DNA of 50,567 nt from an uncultured Bacilli bacterium (GTDB lineage: Bacteria > Bacillota_I > Bacilli_A > RF39 > UBA660). Made by a program: the position numbers and the translations under genes. Positions within the stretch are counted from its first letter, which is position 1. Every line of letters begins with the position of its first letter. Positions 1 to 9,599 of the stretch are shown here, one piece after another. The notes under the pieces are model-generated. The model ran no database searches and was not told the origin of the DNA. It was given only the letters and a program-made list of their open reading frames with translations. The stretch is taken from contig CANRJN010000002.1 of assembly GCA_947630945.1 (NCBI GenBank), forward strand, positions 1 through 50,567. The letters run 5' to 3'.

Positions 1-50
1 AAAAAACTTTATGATCTTTTTTTCTTTTAATTTTCATAAAGTTTTTCTTT

Positions 51-2024
51 TCAAATTAATTTATTCTTTTTTGCTGTCATATCTAATAATTCACTCTCAC
101 TAATTATTTTAATACCTAATTCTTTTGCTTTTTTATTTTTAGTAGACATTGATGTAACATCATTATTAATTAAGAAATTTACATTACTTGATATTGCACT
201 AATAACTTTTCCACCAAAACTTTCTATATATTCTATTAAGGCATCTCTATTTTCAAAATTATTAAGTGAACCTGTTATTACAAATACTAGACCCTCTAAT
301 TTATTATTTTTATTTTTTATATCTATGAATTCTACTTCTTTTAGTAAACTTTCAAATGATTTAATAAAGTCTTCATTATTAAATGTTTCTATCCATTTAC
401 TCGCGATAATCTCTCCTACACCATCTATTGCGCTTAATTCTTCGAGTGTAATATTTCTTACTTTTTCTATATCATAATCACATTTTTTAGCAATTAATTT
501 TGCTCTTGAAAAACCAATATCTGGAATACCTAATGCATATATAAAATTAGCAAGTTTTACTTTTCTAGATTTATTAATACTATCAATCATATTTTCATAA
601 GATTTTTCACCAAATCCATCAAATGCAATTATATTATCTTTATATTTATCTAAATGATATAAATCAGAATAATCATTTAAAAATCCTTCATTAAATAATT
701 TATATAATATTTGATCACTTATTCCATCTATATTCATAGCATTTCTACTTGTAAATAAACTAAGTCTTTTAATAAATTTAGCATGACAAAATTCATTTGT
801 ACAATATAAATATGCAACTCCATTATTTTCTTCTATACTTGTTTCATGATTACATACAGGACAATACTTAGGTATTTCAATATTATCAGTTTTATCTAAA
901 TTGTTAGCAATTTGTGGAATAATCATATTTGCTTTAAATACTTCAATAGTATCTCCAATACCTAATTTTAATCTTTTCATAATTGATAAATTATGTACTG
1001 ATGCTCTTGAAACTATTGTACCCTCTATTTCAATTGGTTCAAATACTGCAACAGGATTAATTGTTCCTGTTCTAGATACACTCCAATCTACTTTAATAAG
1101 AGTGCTTTCTACTGTTTCATCTTTCCATTTAAAGGCTATTGAATGTTTTGGTGCTTTTGCAGTAGTTCCAAGAGACATACCATAAGCACTATCATCATAT
1201 GTAAGAACTAGCCCGTCACTTGGTATATCATTTGTTTTTATTTTATCTTTAAATTTAAGTACTTCTTCGCCTACATTATCTTTTATTACTTTTACTCTTT
1301 CTACTGCTTCAAAACCTAGTGATTCTAACCATTTAAATTGTTCTAATTTTGAATTTGGTATTTCATCGCTTGCACTAATTAATGCAAATATTATACAGTT
1401 TACATTTCTTTGTGCAGTTATTTTACTATCAAGTTGTCTTACTGATCCAGAACATAAATTTCTAGGATTTTTATATATTATATCATCTTCATCTCTATCA
1501 TCATTCATTTTATTAAAATCACTATATTTAATAATTGCTTCTCCTCTTACAACTAAATTACCTTTATATGGTATTGTAAAAGGTACATTTTTAAATTGTT
1601 TTACATTTTCAGTTACAACTTCTCCAATTATTCCATTTCCTCTTGTAACTCCTCGTACTAGTTTACCATTATCATAAGTTAAAACTATTGTAAGTCCATC
1701 TAATTTCCAACTTAAAACTCCTTCTTTATCACCCAAGAATTCTTCTAAATCATCAATACTTTTAGTTTTAGAAAGTGATAACATTGCAGATGGATGCTCT
1801 ACTTTTTCAAGAGTATCTGATACTTCTGTTTCAACATTAATTGTTGGACTATTTGAAAATGTTGTATTTGTTTCTTTTTCTAATTTTACAAGTTCATCAT
1901 ATAGTTTATCATACTCGTAATCAGTCATAATTGGATCACTATTTTGATAATACATTTTAGAAGCATAATTTAATTGTTCTATAAGTTCTTTCATTCTATT
2001 TATTTTGTTATCCATACGTATCAC
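51..2024 (-). CDS. ligA: NAD+-dependent DNA ligase LigA
   Basis: 657-aa ORF. It has the N-terminal Ia region (YYQNSDPIMTDYEYDKLY), the adenylation KxDG motif (SWKLDGLT), a four-Cys Zn finger (CPVCNH...YCTNEFC), an HhH region and a BRCT-like C-terminus (LVFVITGSL). The stop codon is TGA. Confidence 0.95.
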   Translation of the reverse strand: MIRMDNKINRMKELIEQLNYASKMYYQNSDPIMTDYEYDKLYDELVKLEKETNTTFSNSPTINVETEVSDTLEKVEHPSAMLSLSKTKSIDDLEEFLGDKEGVLSWKLDGLTIVLTYDNGKLVRGVTRGNGIIGEVVTENVKQFKNVPFTIPYKGNLVVRGEAIIKYSDFNKMNDDRDEDDIIYKNPRNLCSGSVRQLDSKITAQRNVNCIIFALISASDEIPNSKLEQFKWLESLGFEAVERVKVIKDNVGEEVLKFKDKIKTNDIPSDGLVLTYDDSAYGMSLGTTAKAPKHSIAFKWKDETVESTLIKVDWSVSRTGTINPVAVFEPIEIEGTIVSRASVHNLSIMKRLKLGIGDTIEVFKANMIIPQIANNLDKTDNIEIPKYCPVCNHETSIEENNGVAYLYCTNEFCHAKFIKRLSLFTSRNAMNIDGISDQILYKLFNEGFLNDYSDLYHLDKYKDNIIAFDGFGEKSYENMIDSINKSRKVKLANFIYALGIPDIGFSRAKLIAKKCDYDIEKVRNITLEELSAIDGVGEIIASKWIETFNNEDFIKSFESLLKEVEFIDIKNKNNKLEGLVFVITGSLNNFENRDALIEYIESFGGKVISAISSNVNFLINNDVTSMSTKNKKAKELGIKIISESELLDMTAKKNKLI

Positions 2025-2097
2025 CTTAATTAATTTATTAATAATATTATATCATATTTGACTTAATTTAAACTAAATTTATGTAAGAAAAAAAGAA

Positions 2098-2616
2098 TTA
2101 TATATTTAATTCTCTTTCATAACCTTTTTCTTTATCTATCAAAACTAATTTATGATATATCTTATAGAAATTATCTACCATTTCTTTTTCTTCTTTTGTT
2201 GTTTTATCATAAATTGGTCCTTTTCCTAATTCTTGAATTCTTTTTATATCTCCACTATTAAGTAAACTATTATAAATATCTATCCAATTTATTCCTTCTA
2301 ACATTACTTCACTTCTAATTTCTTCATCTGTTAATATATTGTATCTTAAATATAAATTTTGTGTTTTAACATAATAAGCATAAAGCAACAATATTTTAAA
2401 GCAAGAATTGAATTCATCACTTAATTTTTTTAAATGGATTTGTTCTCTTTCTTTACCTAACTCTGTTATTTTAAATACTTCATCAAGTGTATTATTATCT
2501 ATATTTCTTAAAAATCCATATAATATTTGCATTTGATATAAAATTATATGAACAGGTTTTAAAATTGATAATTTCATTAGTTCTTCTCTTAATTTATTTT
2601 TGTCATCATATTTCAT
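2098..2616 (-). CDS. hypothetical protein
   Basis: Long ORF in the co-directional gene string. I prefer the start at MKYDDK (ATG at 2616), which is preceded by GGGGGA 4 nt upstream, over the track start at 2628. No recognisable motif. Confidence 0.6.
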   Translation of the reverse strand: MKYDDKNKLREELMKLSILKPVHIILYQMQILYGFLRNIDNNTLDEVFKITELGKEREQIHLKKLSDEFNSCFKILLLYAYYVKTQNLYLRYNILTDEEIRSEVMLEGINWIDIYNSLLNSGDIKRIQELGKGPIYDKTTKEEKEMVDNFYKIYHKLVLIDKEKGYERELNI

Positions 2617-2688
2617 AGTATCCCCCAATTAATGTTTAAGTACTCTTCATAGAGTAACATAAATATTTATTGGTGTCAATTTTATTCA

Positions 2689-2714
2689 AATTAAAAAGTA
2701 GATTTCTCTACTTT
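2689..2714 (-). terminator. rho-independent terminator after the CPYC protein gene
   Basis: 8-bp stem aaagtaga/tctacttt (2695-2702 and 2707-2714) with a 4-nt loop, followed on the minus strand by TTTTAATTT. Confidence 0.55.
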
Positions 2715-2719
2715 ATTAA

Positions 2720-3349
2720 TTATTTTGCTTTTTTAGAATAAATTGCTGATAGTAAACGTTTTTTATCTAACTCAGATTTAACAACATATGTTACTAGGAA
2801 TATTAGTAATACAATTACCATTAGTCCACTTGCATCATTATCACTTGATGAAGTTGTAGTAGTAGTACCTGTTGTAGTACCTGTGGAATCATCAGTAACT
2901 GGATTAGGATTCTCTCTTACACAATTATCTTTTCCAGCGGCTACACAACTAACAGCATCTTTATCTCCTTCTTCATATGCTTGATTAATGATAGATTCTA
3001 AATCTTCACTGTAAGTAGCATAAGCATAAATATCACTAATTACAACAAAAGGTGTACCAGATAATTGAGAATTATATTTTGCATTAGTAAAAGCTTGTGC
3101 AACATCCATTCCTAATTGATAATCTTTTCCTGGTTTCCAATCAACGTGATCTATAAATGCTTCTTTTCTTACAATTTCAAATTTTTTATTATAAGAATCT
3201 AATTTTTGTAGATATTCTACTTGCATTTCACAATATGGACATCCACCTGCTTCAAAAATATAAACTTTTACTTTTTTATTTTCAGCACCAAATACTGTAA
3301 ATGGTACAAAACATAAAATTGTTAAAACTGCTACTAATAATTTTTTCAT
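2720..3349 (-). CDS. exported thioredoxin/glutaredoxin-fold protein with a CPYC active site and a C-terminal membrane anchor
   Basis: N-terminal signal-like segment (MKKLLVAVLTILCFVPFTVFG). GGCPYCEMQ redox motif. T/S-rich linker (TGTTTGTTTTTSSS). C-terminal hydrophobic helix (LMVIVLLIFLVTYVV). Confidence 0.7.
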   Translation of the reverse strand: MKKLLVAVLTILCFVPFTVFGAENKKVKVYIFEAGGCPYCEMQVEYLQKLDSYNKKFEIVRKEAFIDHVDWKPGKDYQLGMDVAQAFTNAKYNSQLSGTPFVVISDIYAYATYSEDLESIINQAYEEGDKDAVSCVAAGKDNCVRENPNPVTDDSTGTTTGTTTTTSSSDNDASGLMVIVLLIFLVTYVVKSELDKKRLLSAIYSKKAK

Positions 3350-3451
3350 TATTAACCTCCTTCAAACAAAACATTTTTTACTAGCAAATAAATTATACCA
3401 TATTTTTTTAAATGATACAAATTTTAGCAAAAAATTCACAATAAAATCACA

Positions 3452-4894
3452 TTAGTTATTAACTTTATGATGAATCTGTGTTGTATCCATAGTAATTTTA
3501 TCAAATGTGTATCCTTTTGAAAGAGCATATTTAATCATATCATCAAGTTTACTCGCGGTATATGATTTTACATCATGCATAAGTACAACATTCATTTTGC
3601 TTTTAGATATTCCTTTTACAAAATAGTTATAAACACAATTTTCTTTTTCACTAGTAGTTTTCTTTTTAGTACAACCCCCAGCATCTTCTACACTTACATT
3701 CCAATCAAAATAATGATATCCTTTTTCTAATACTTCATTTGTAAGAATAGTCATAATTCCTTTATTAAATTTACTTACTGTATTTGATGATCCTCCTGGA
3801 AATCTTATAATTGTTGGAGTTTCATTTGTTATTTTTTTTACTCTATTTTGTACAGTTTCTAAATCTTTAAAATAACTTTCAACACTTGCATATACTTTAC
3901 TATAATTGTGAGTTGATGTGTGTAGTGCAACAGTATGACCTTCTTCAAATTCTCTTTTAATAGCACTATCACTTCCACTACTTGTTACAAAGAATGTGGC
4001 TTTTATATCATATTTTTTTAATGTATCTAATATTTTAGTTGTATATGTTGATGGTCCATCATCAAATGTTAAATATATTACACCTTTTTCAGAACCTGTC
4101 ATATTTTGAGAAGTCTTTGGGTTATATACATAAACATATCTTTTAACACTACTTTGATTATTACTAGAATCGGTTGCTGTATAAGTTATTGTATATACTC
4201 CTACTTTTGTAGTATCAACTTTGTTATCTATTTTTATATTTGTAATTTCACTATCACAGTTATCTTCTATAATATAACCACTTTCTTTATATGTATCATT
4301 AAGTAAAATATATACGTTTTCTTCACCTTTAAGTTTAATACTAGGTCCTTCATTATCTGTAATATTTATTTTTCTTGTAACTTTTGTTTCATTATTAGAT
4401 GAATCTTTTACTTTATAAATTCTTTCATTTATATTATTTTCAATTGTTACTTGACTAGTAATATCTCCATCATAATTATCAATTGCATTATACCCTTCTT
4501 CTATATAACTATTTGAACTACAAGCATTACTTTCAGTATTACCATTAAGAGTTATTACAGGTGGTATTTTATCTATAACATTTACTACTACTTTGTTTTC
4601 TAATTTATATATAAATATTCTAGTAGAATATGTAAGTTCATAACTTCCCACTTTACTAGTATTTACACTACCATTTACTTTTACTTTACTTGATATATTT
4701 TTATTTAAATATTTAATCTTATATGTTGGATTTTTAAAACTCTCATTTAATTCAATATTTATACTATTAACTTCTTGATTATTATATATTATAAGTAATT
4801 TTGGTCTTACAAATAAAAGAAAGAAAAATATTATTATCAAAAATATTAATATAATTAAAAGTATAATATTTTCTTTAAATAATTTTCCTTTCAT
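3452..4894 (-). CDS. membrane-anchored polysaccharide deacetylase (NodB domain) with two Ig-like (DUF5011-type) domains
   Basis: N-terminal TM helix. Two P-x-I-x-L-x-G...Y-x-E-x-G-Y...D-x-x-D-x-x-I-T modules. NodB motifs LTFDDGPS and ALHTSTH in the C-terminal half. Confidence 0.85.
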   Translation of the reverse strand: MKGKLFKENIILLIILIFLIIIFFFLLFVRPKLLIIYNNQEVNSINIELNESFKNPTYKIKYLNKNISSKVKVNGSVNTSKVGSYELTYSTRIFIYKLENKVVVNVIDKIPPVITLNGNTESNACSSNSYIEEGYNAIDNYDGDITSQVTIENNINERIYKVKDSSNNETKVTRKINITDNEGPSIKLKGEENVYILLNDTYKESGYIIEDNCDSEITNIKIDNKVDTTKVGVYTITYTATDSSNNQSSVKRYVYVYNPKTSQNMTGSEKGVIYLTFDDGPSTYTTKILDTLKKYDIKATFFVTSSGSDSAIKREFEEGHTVALHTSTHNYSKVYASVESYFKDLETVQNRVKKITNETPTIIRFPGGSSNTVSKFNKGIMTILTNEVLEKGYHYFDWNVSVEDAGGCTKKKTTSEKENCVYNYFVKGISKSKMNVVLMHDVKSYTASKLDDMIKYALSKGYTFDKITMDTTQIHHKVNN

Positions 4895-4952
4895 ACTACA
4901 TTTACTCCTATAATATTAGTATAACACTTTTAACTTTATTTATAAAATTAAA

Positions 4953-5165
4953 TTATTCATTTTCTTTTTTATATTTTTTTAAATAATAAAAGAAGAATAA
5001 CATTAATAATATAGTAAATACAAAATCCAATATGGTTATATAATAATTACCATCATACAAAATATTTATAACCGCACTTATTACTAAACAAATCGCTGAA
5101 AATAAATATAAATATGAAATATGTTTGTTACTTATTTTTTTCATTTTTCTTCTCCTTTTCTTCAT
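4953..5165 (-). CDS. small two-helix membrane protein (hypothetical)
   Basis: 70-aa ORF with two hydrophobic segments. It overlaps the 3' end of the ASCH gene. The real start may be the internal MKKISNK. Confidence 0.4.
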   Translation of the reverse strand: MKKRRRKMKKISNKHISYLYLFSAICLVISAVINILYDGNYYITILDFVFTILLMLFFFYYLKKYKKENE

Positions 5166-5529
5166 AATTCCAAAGCCCTAATTTACCACTAATTGGTATA
5201 GGATTTTTTAGCATCTCAACATCTTCTATTTTCCAAGCATAGCATCCAATATAATTATCTTCATAGACTACACTATCTAACTTTTTTAAATATTTATCCA
5301 TTTTTTCATCTACCATTATACAATCTACTATATTTACTTTTGCTATAATATAACCATTTTTATAATTTAAATTATATTTTTTAAACTTAGAAATATTTTT
5401 ATTGGGTACTTTACTAGTATGAATATATATAGGACCTCTATAATTAGTTTTCCAAGTTCTAAATTCATACTTTTTATAATTATTTGCAATTAGAGATGCA
5501 TATGGTTCTTTTATTGTTAATACTTTCAT
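5128..5529 (-). CDS. ASCH (PUA-like) domain protein
   Basis: The N-terminus MKVLTIKEPYASLIANNYKKYEFRTW and the size (133 aa) match the ASCH domain pattern. Confidence 0.7.
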   Translation of the reverse strand: MKVLTIKEPYASLIANNYKKYEFRTWKTNYRGPIYIHTSKVPNKNISKFKKYNLNYKNGYIIAKVNIVDCIMVDEKMDKYLKKLDSVVYEDNYIGCYAWKIEDVEMLKNPIPISGKLGLWNYEEKEKKNEKNK

Positions 5530-5554
5530 GATACTCTCCTATAAATAATTATAT

Positions 5555-5577
5555 CAAAAAAGAACTCAAATGAGTTC
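5555..5577 (-). terminator. rho-independent terminator after the M13 peptidase gene
   Basis: Stem gaactc/gagttc (5562-5567 and 5572-5577) with a 4-nt loop, followed on the minus strand by TTTTTT. Confidence 0.65.
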
Positions 5578-5608
5578 AATTTTAACAAAAATATTAAATT
5601 TTTAACAA

Positions 5609-7576
5609 TTACCAAACTTTAACTCTGTCTTCTTTATTTATAAACATATCATCACTTTTCTTAATATTATATATTTCATAAAATTTATCATTTGATGATA
5701 AAACAGCATTTACTCTTATTTTATCTGGTGAATGAGTATCTTCTAGTATTAAAATTTTAGTATAACTATCTAAGTACTCACTTGCCCAAAATTTAGCATA
5801 TGATGAAAATAATTTTTCATAGTCTTCATTAGATGCACCTTTTTTCTTACTAATATTAACTATACAGTTAATAGCGCCTAAATCTGCTATATTTTCACCT
5901 ACTGTTTTTTTACCATTAACATATATTCCATTTAAAACTTCAAAATTATTATAATATTCTATCACTTCATTTTGAACATTTTTAAATTTTTCATTTTCTT
6001 CTTTTGTCCACCAATCTGCTCTATTTCCATTTTCATCAAATAGTGATCCATTATTGTCAAAAGCATGAGTTATTTCATGTGCTATTATAAAACCTATACT
6101 TCCTAAATTTTCATAATATGAATTTTTTAAATCATACATTTCAACTAATGCAGCTGGAAAATTTATTGAATTATCTTGTGGATTATAATATGCATTAACA
6201 GTAGTCAATGAAAAATCCCATGAGTTATTATTATCATTTTTTAATCTATTTAAATAATAATTATTTAATACAGAATTTATATTAATAATATTTTCTATTA
6301 AATTACTTCCATCTTCATAAGTTTTTAAATTATATAAACTACTATAATTATCAAACTCTTCTGGATATCCAACATTAACTTTCATATTTTTTAATTTTAA
6401 TATTGCTTTTTCTTTTGTTTCTTTACTTAACCAATCTATATTATTAAAATTATCTTCATAATATGAAAGGATATCATTTATCATATTTTCAATAAATTCT
6501 TTATTTTCTTTTGTAAAATATTTATTTGCATATATTTTATCAATATCTTTTCCAAAGTAATTACTTACATAAGTTACTGCATCATCTTCTACATCATATT
6601 CATCTTCTATACCCATTATTTTATTCTGAAAATCACTTATTAATTTTGAATATTCAATAGATGTAAATTGTGATAGATTTTCTAATAATTTTACTTTTAC
6701 GTAATCTTTTAATAAATCTAAATTTTCATTTGTTAAATATTTATTTAATGTTTCATAATTTCCTTTATCAACAATACTATAATATTCTTGATTATCTATT
6801 TTTAAACTTTTTAAATATTTATTTATATCTAAATTAGTATATATTTTTTGTAATTCATCTTTATTAATTTTATTATATAAATTATCTACATTAGATAATT
6901 CTTCACTTGTTTTTGAATTTGATGCAATATCTGTAAATAAATCATTTATTCTATTAGATATTTCTTTTGCTTCATTTTTATCATATCCATATAGTTTTAA
7001 TAATTTAATTCTATATTGTTTAATTAAAGCTAAATATCTACTATAATCTTCATTTATATAATAGTCTGCATTTACTCCAAAATCAAAACTTATTGGATAA
7101 AAATATACTATTTTTTTAGATGTATCCTTAAAATCATTACCTATATTTGATTGCATAAATATATCTATACCTAATGTATTCTCTATTTCAATTGAATTAT
7201 TTATAAATTCATTAATATTTTTTGAATTATCAATTTTATTAATATATTTTTGTAATGGTTTAAGTCCTAATTTATTTCTAACTTCTACATTTATAATATT
7301 ATTATAAAGTATATTTAAATTAGAATTAGTATTATTATTTCTTAATTCATCAATAATATCATTAATTTTATCATCAACTTTATCTTGCGCTATCATAAAA
7401 TTACTATACCCAAATTCACCATCTTCTATATCTGTTTTATCAAATAAATCTTTATTTATATAAGTGTAATAATCATTAATTTCACCTTTTAAAGAAAATA
7501 TATAATAACTTACACCAACAGCAATTATAAATAGTAATATATCACTTATTATTTTTAATGTTTTCTTCTTGTTCAT
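5609..7576 (-). CDS. pepO: M13 family (neprilysin/PepO-like) zinc metalloendopeptidase, membrane anchored
   Basis: N-terminal TM helix. Motifs NAYYNP, HEITHAFD (HExxH) and GENIADLGA (the third zinc ligand region) in the canonical M13 order. Confidence 0.9.
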   Translation of the reverse strand: MNKKKTLKIISDILLFIIAVGVSYYIFSLKGEINDYYTYINKDLFDKTDIEDGEFGYSNFMIAQDKVDDKINDIIDELRNNNTNSNLNILYNNIINVEVRNKLGLKPLQKYINKIDNSKNINEFINNSIEIENTLGIDIFMQSNIGNDFKDTSKKIVYFYPISFDFGVNADYYINEDYSRYLALIKQYRIKLLKLYGYDKNEAKEISNRINDLFTDIASNSKTSEELSNVDNLYNKINKDELQKIYTNLDINKYLKSLKIDNQEYYSIVDKGNYETLNKYLTNENLDLLKDYVKVKLLENLSQFTSIEYSKLISDFQNKIMGIEDEYDVEDDAVTYVSNYFGKDIDKIYANKYFTKENKEFIENMINDILSYYEDNFNNIDWLSKETKEKAILKLKNMKVNVGYPEEFDNYSSLYNLKTYEDGSNLIENIININSVLNNYYLNRLKNDNNNSWDFSLTTVNAYYNPQDNSINFPAALVEMYDLKNSYYENLGSIGFIIAHEITHAFDNNGSLFDENGNRADWWTKEENEKFKNVQNEVIEYYNNFEVLNGIYVNGKKTVGENIADLGAINCIVNISKKKGASNEDYEKLFSSYAKFWASEYLDSYTKILILEDTHSPDKIRVNAVLSSNDKFYEIYNIKKSDDMFINKEDRVKVW

Positions 7577-7584
7577 AAACTCAC

Positions 7585-8745
7585 CTATAAAGAAAATAAT
7601 ACTTTTTCTGATTTATATTGTTTTGAAATTAGAATTATTAATGCAATAATATATACAATTGATGATGCAATCATAATAATTAAATAAGTAATGTTTATAT
7701 TTGATGCGTATATATCATTTAATATCATCCCTTGTGAAATAATTGGCACAAATGATAGTATTAAACTTGTTTTAACACCAAACATAGGTAAAAACATAGG
7801 AATCATAGGAATTAAATTTAATGATGCAAGTGAACTATCAGCTTCTTTATAACTTTTTGCATTACTAGCAAGAGCAATACCTATACCTGATAAAATTAAA
7901 GCACTACATAATAATATTATTAATGTTAATAAAACCTTTCCAAATGATATTGAAAATACAACATTTTCAAATAGTTCAGTAAAATTCATTGTTACTATTT
8001 TTATAGAGAAAATACATATTGCAAAGCATATAAATCCACCAACTAATGATGTTAAAAATATACTTAAATATTTACCAAAAATAATTTCTTCACTTTTAAG
8101 TGGGAAAGTAAGTAATGTTTCTAGTGTTCCTCTTTCTTTTTCTCCAGCAGTTAAATCACCTGTACAAACCATAACTATCATAGCAATAGATACAACAATA
8201 TATGGAACTATAAACTGAATTATATAATTTGACATAAAATTACCTTGTGTTGCGTTTTCATTTATTTCATGTTCTTCATATTTAATAATATTATAAACGT
8301 TTTCTGGTTCAATATCTTCACTTAATAAATAATTTTCTGATAAAAATCTATTATAATTTTCTAAATATGTCACTGCTTTTTGACCTACAACACTGCTTGC
8401 CATACTAACAGTATCAGCATATATATCGTATTTGTTATTGGCTTTTAAAATATATAATTCTATTTCTCCTTTTTTATATGCTTCATCTAATTCTTCTTTA
8501 CTATTATACTTTTTTGTTTCTAAATTTAATTCTGATAAAATACTTTGCTCGTTCATATTTATATCATAATTAATACCCATAATATTTTTACTTTCACCAG
8601 TTTCATTATTGAATAAAAGAGTCATTATAAATATAAATATTGGAGGTAAAAATAAAAATGCTACCATTTTAGTTAAAGATTTTTTATCTCTTAATATTCC
8701 CCTCATTTCTTTTTTTAATATTAAATATATATTTCTAAATTTCAT
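7585..8745 (-). CDS. ABC-2 type (NatB-like) transporter permease
   Basis: N-terminal TM helix, a large extracytoplasmic loop, then 5 C-terminal TM helices. It overlaps the upstream ATPase gene by 11 nt. Confidence 0.8.
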   Translation of the reverse strand: MKFRNIYLILKKEMRGILRDKKSLTKMVAFLFLPPIFIFIMTLLFNNETGESKNIMGINYDINMNEQSILSELNLETKKYNSKEELDEAYKKGEIELYILKANNKYDIYADTVSMASSVVGQKAVTYLENYNRFLSENYLLSEDIEPENVYNIIKYEEHEINENATQGNFMSNYIIQFIVPYIVVSIAMIVMVCTGDLTAGEKERGTLETLLTFPLKSEEIIFGKYLSIFLTSLVGGFICFAICIFSIKIVTMNFTELFENVVFSISFGKVLLTLIILLCSALILSGIGIALASNAKSYKEADSSLASLNLIPMIPMFLPMFGVKTSLILSFVPIISQGMILNDIYASNINITYLIIMIASSIVYIIALIILISKQYKSEKVLFSL

Positions 8746-9493
8746 TTTCTACACCACCTATCAAACTCATAAATGCATCACGTAAATTTGTTGTATTAGT
8801 ATTTTTTTCTATTTCTTTTGGAGAACCTGTTGCTATAATTGTTCCATGATGTATTAATATTACTCTATCACAAATATTCTCTGCTTCTTCCATATAATGT
8901 GTAGAATATAAAATACATTTTCCATTATTTTTTTCTTCTTTTACAAAATCTAATATTACTTGACTAGACATAATATCAAGTCCACTTGTTGGCTCATCAA
9001 ATATATAATATTTTGGACTATGTACAAGACATCTTGAAATACTAACTCTTTGTGTTTGACCTGTTGATAAATTTGATATTTTTTGTTCTTTAAATGACTC
9101 CATATTAAATTTTTTTACTATTTCTTCTATTCTTTTATCTAATACATCATTTGGAACTTTATAAAATTCTCCACACATTCTTAATAATTCTACTGGTGAA
9201 ATATCTTTATATAATTTTGTATTACCTGTTAAAAATGCTATTTTATTTTTAATTTCTGTTTCATTTTTAGTATAAGTAAGCTCATCTATTACTATTTCTC
9301 CACTAGTAGGCTCCATAATACCTGCGATTATTCTTAATAGTGTAGTTTTACCAGCACCATTTGGTCCTAGAATACCAACTACTTCTCCTTCTTTTGCATC
9401 AAAAGTTATTCCATTATCAGCGTAAAATTCAATTTTTTTTCGTTTAGAAATATTTTTTACAAATTTCTTTTTAACATCTTTTACTTCTATCAT
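8735..9493 (-). CDS. ABC transporter ATP-binding protein (NatA-like)
   Basis: Walker A GPNGAGKTT, signature LSTGQTQR, Walker B YIFDEPTSGLD, H-loop STHYM. Confidence 0.92.
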   Translation of the reverse strand: MIEVKDVKKKFVKNISKRKKIEFYADNGITFDAKEGEVVGILGPNGAGKTTLLRIIAGIMEPTSGEIVIDELTYTKNETEIKNKIAFLTGNTKLYKDISPVELLRMCGEFYKVPNDVLDKRIEEIVKKFNMESFKEQKISNLSTGQTQRVSISRCLVHSPKYYIFDEPTSGLDIMSSQVILDFVKEEKNNGKCILYSTHYMEEAENICDRVILIHHGTIIATGSPKEIEKNTNTTNLRDAFMSLIGGVENEI

Positions 9494-9599
9494 AAACTTC
9501 CCTTTCTACCTTATTTTCTTATAAAATTATACTAAACTTTTAATTTTTAGTAAAGTCTATCCTTTTATAATTATATATATATTAAGTCAATAAAAAAGA

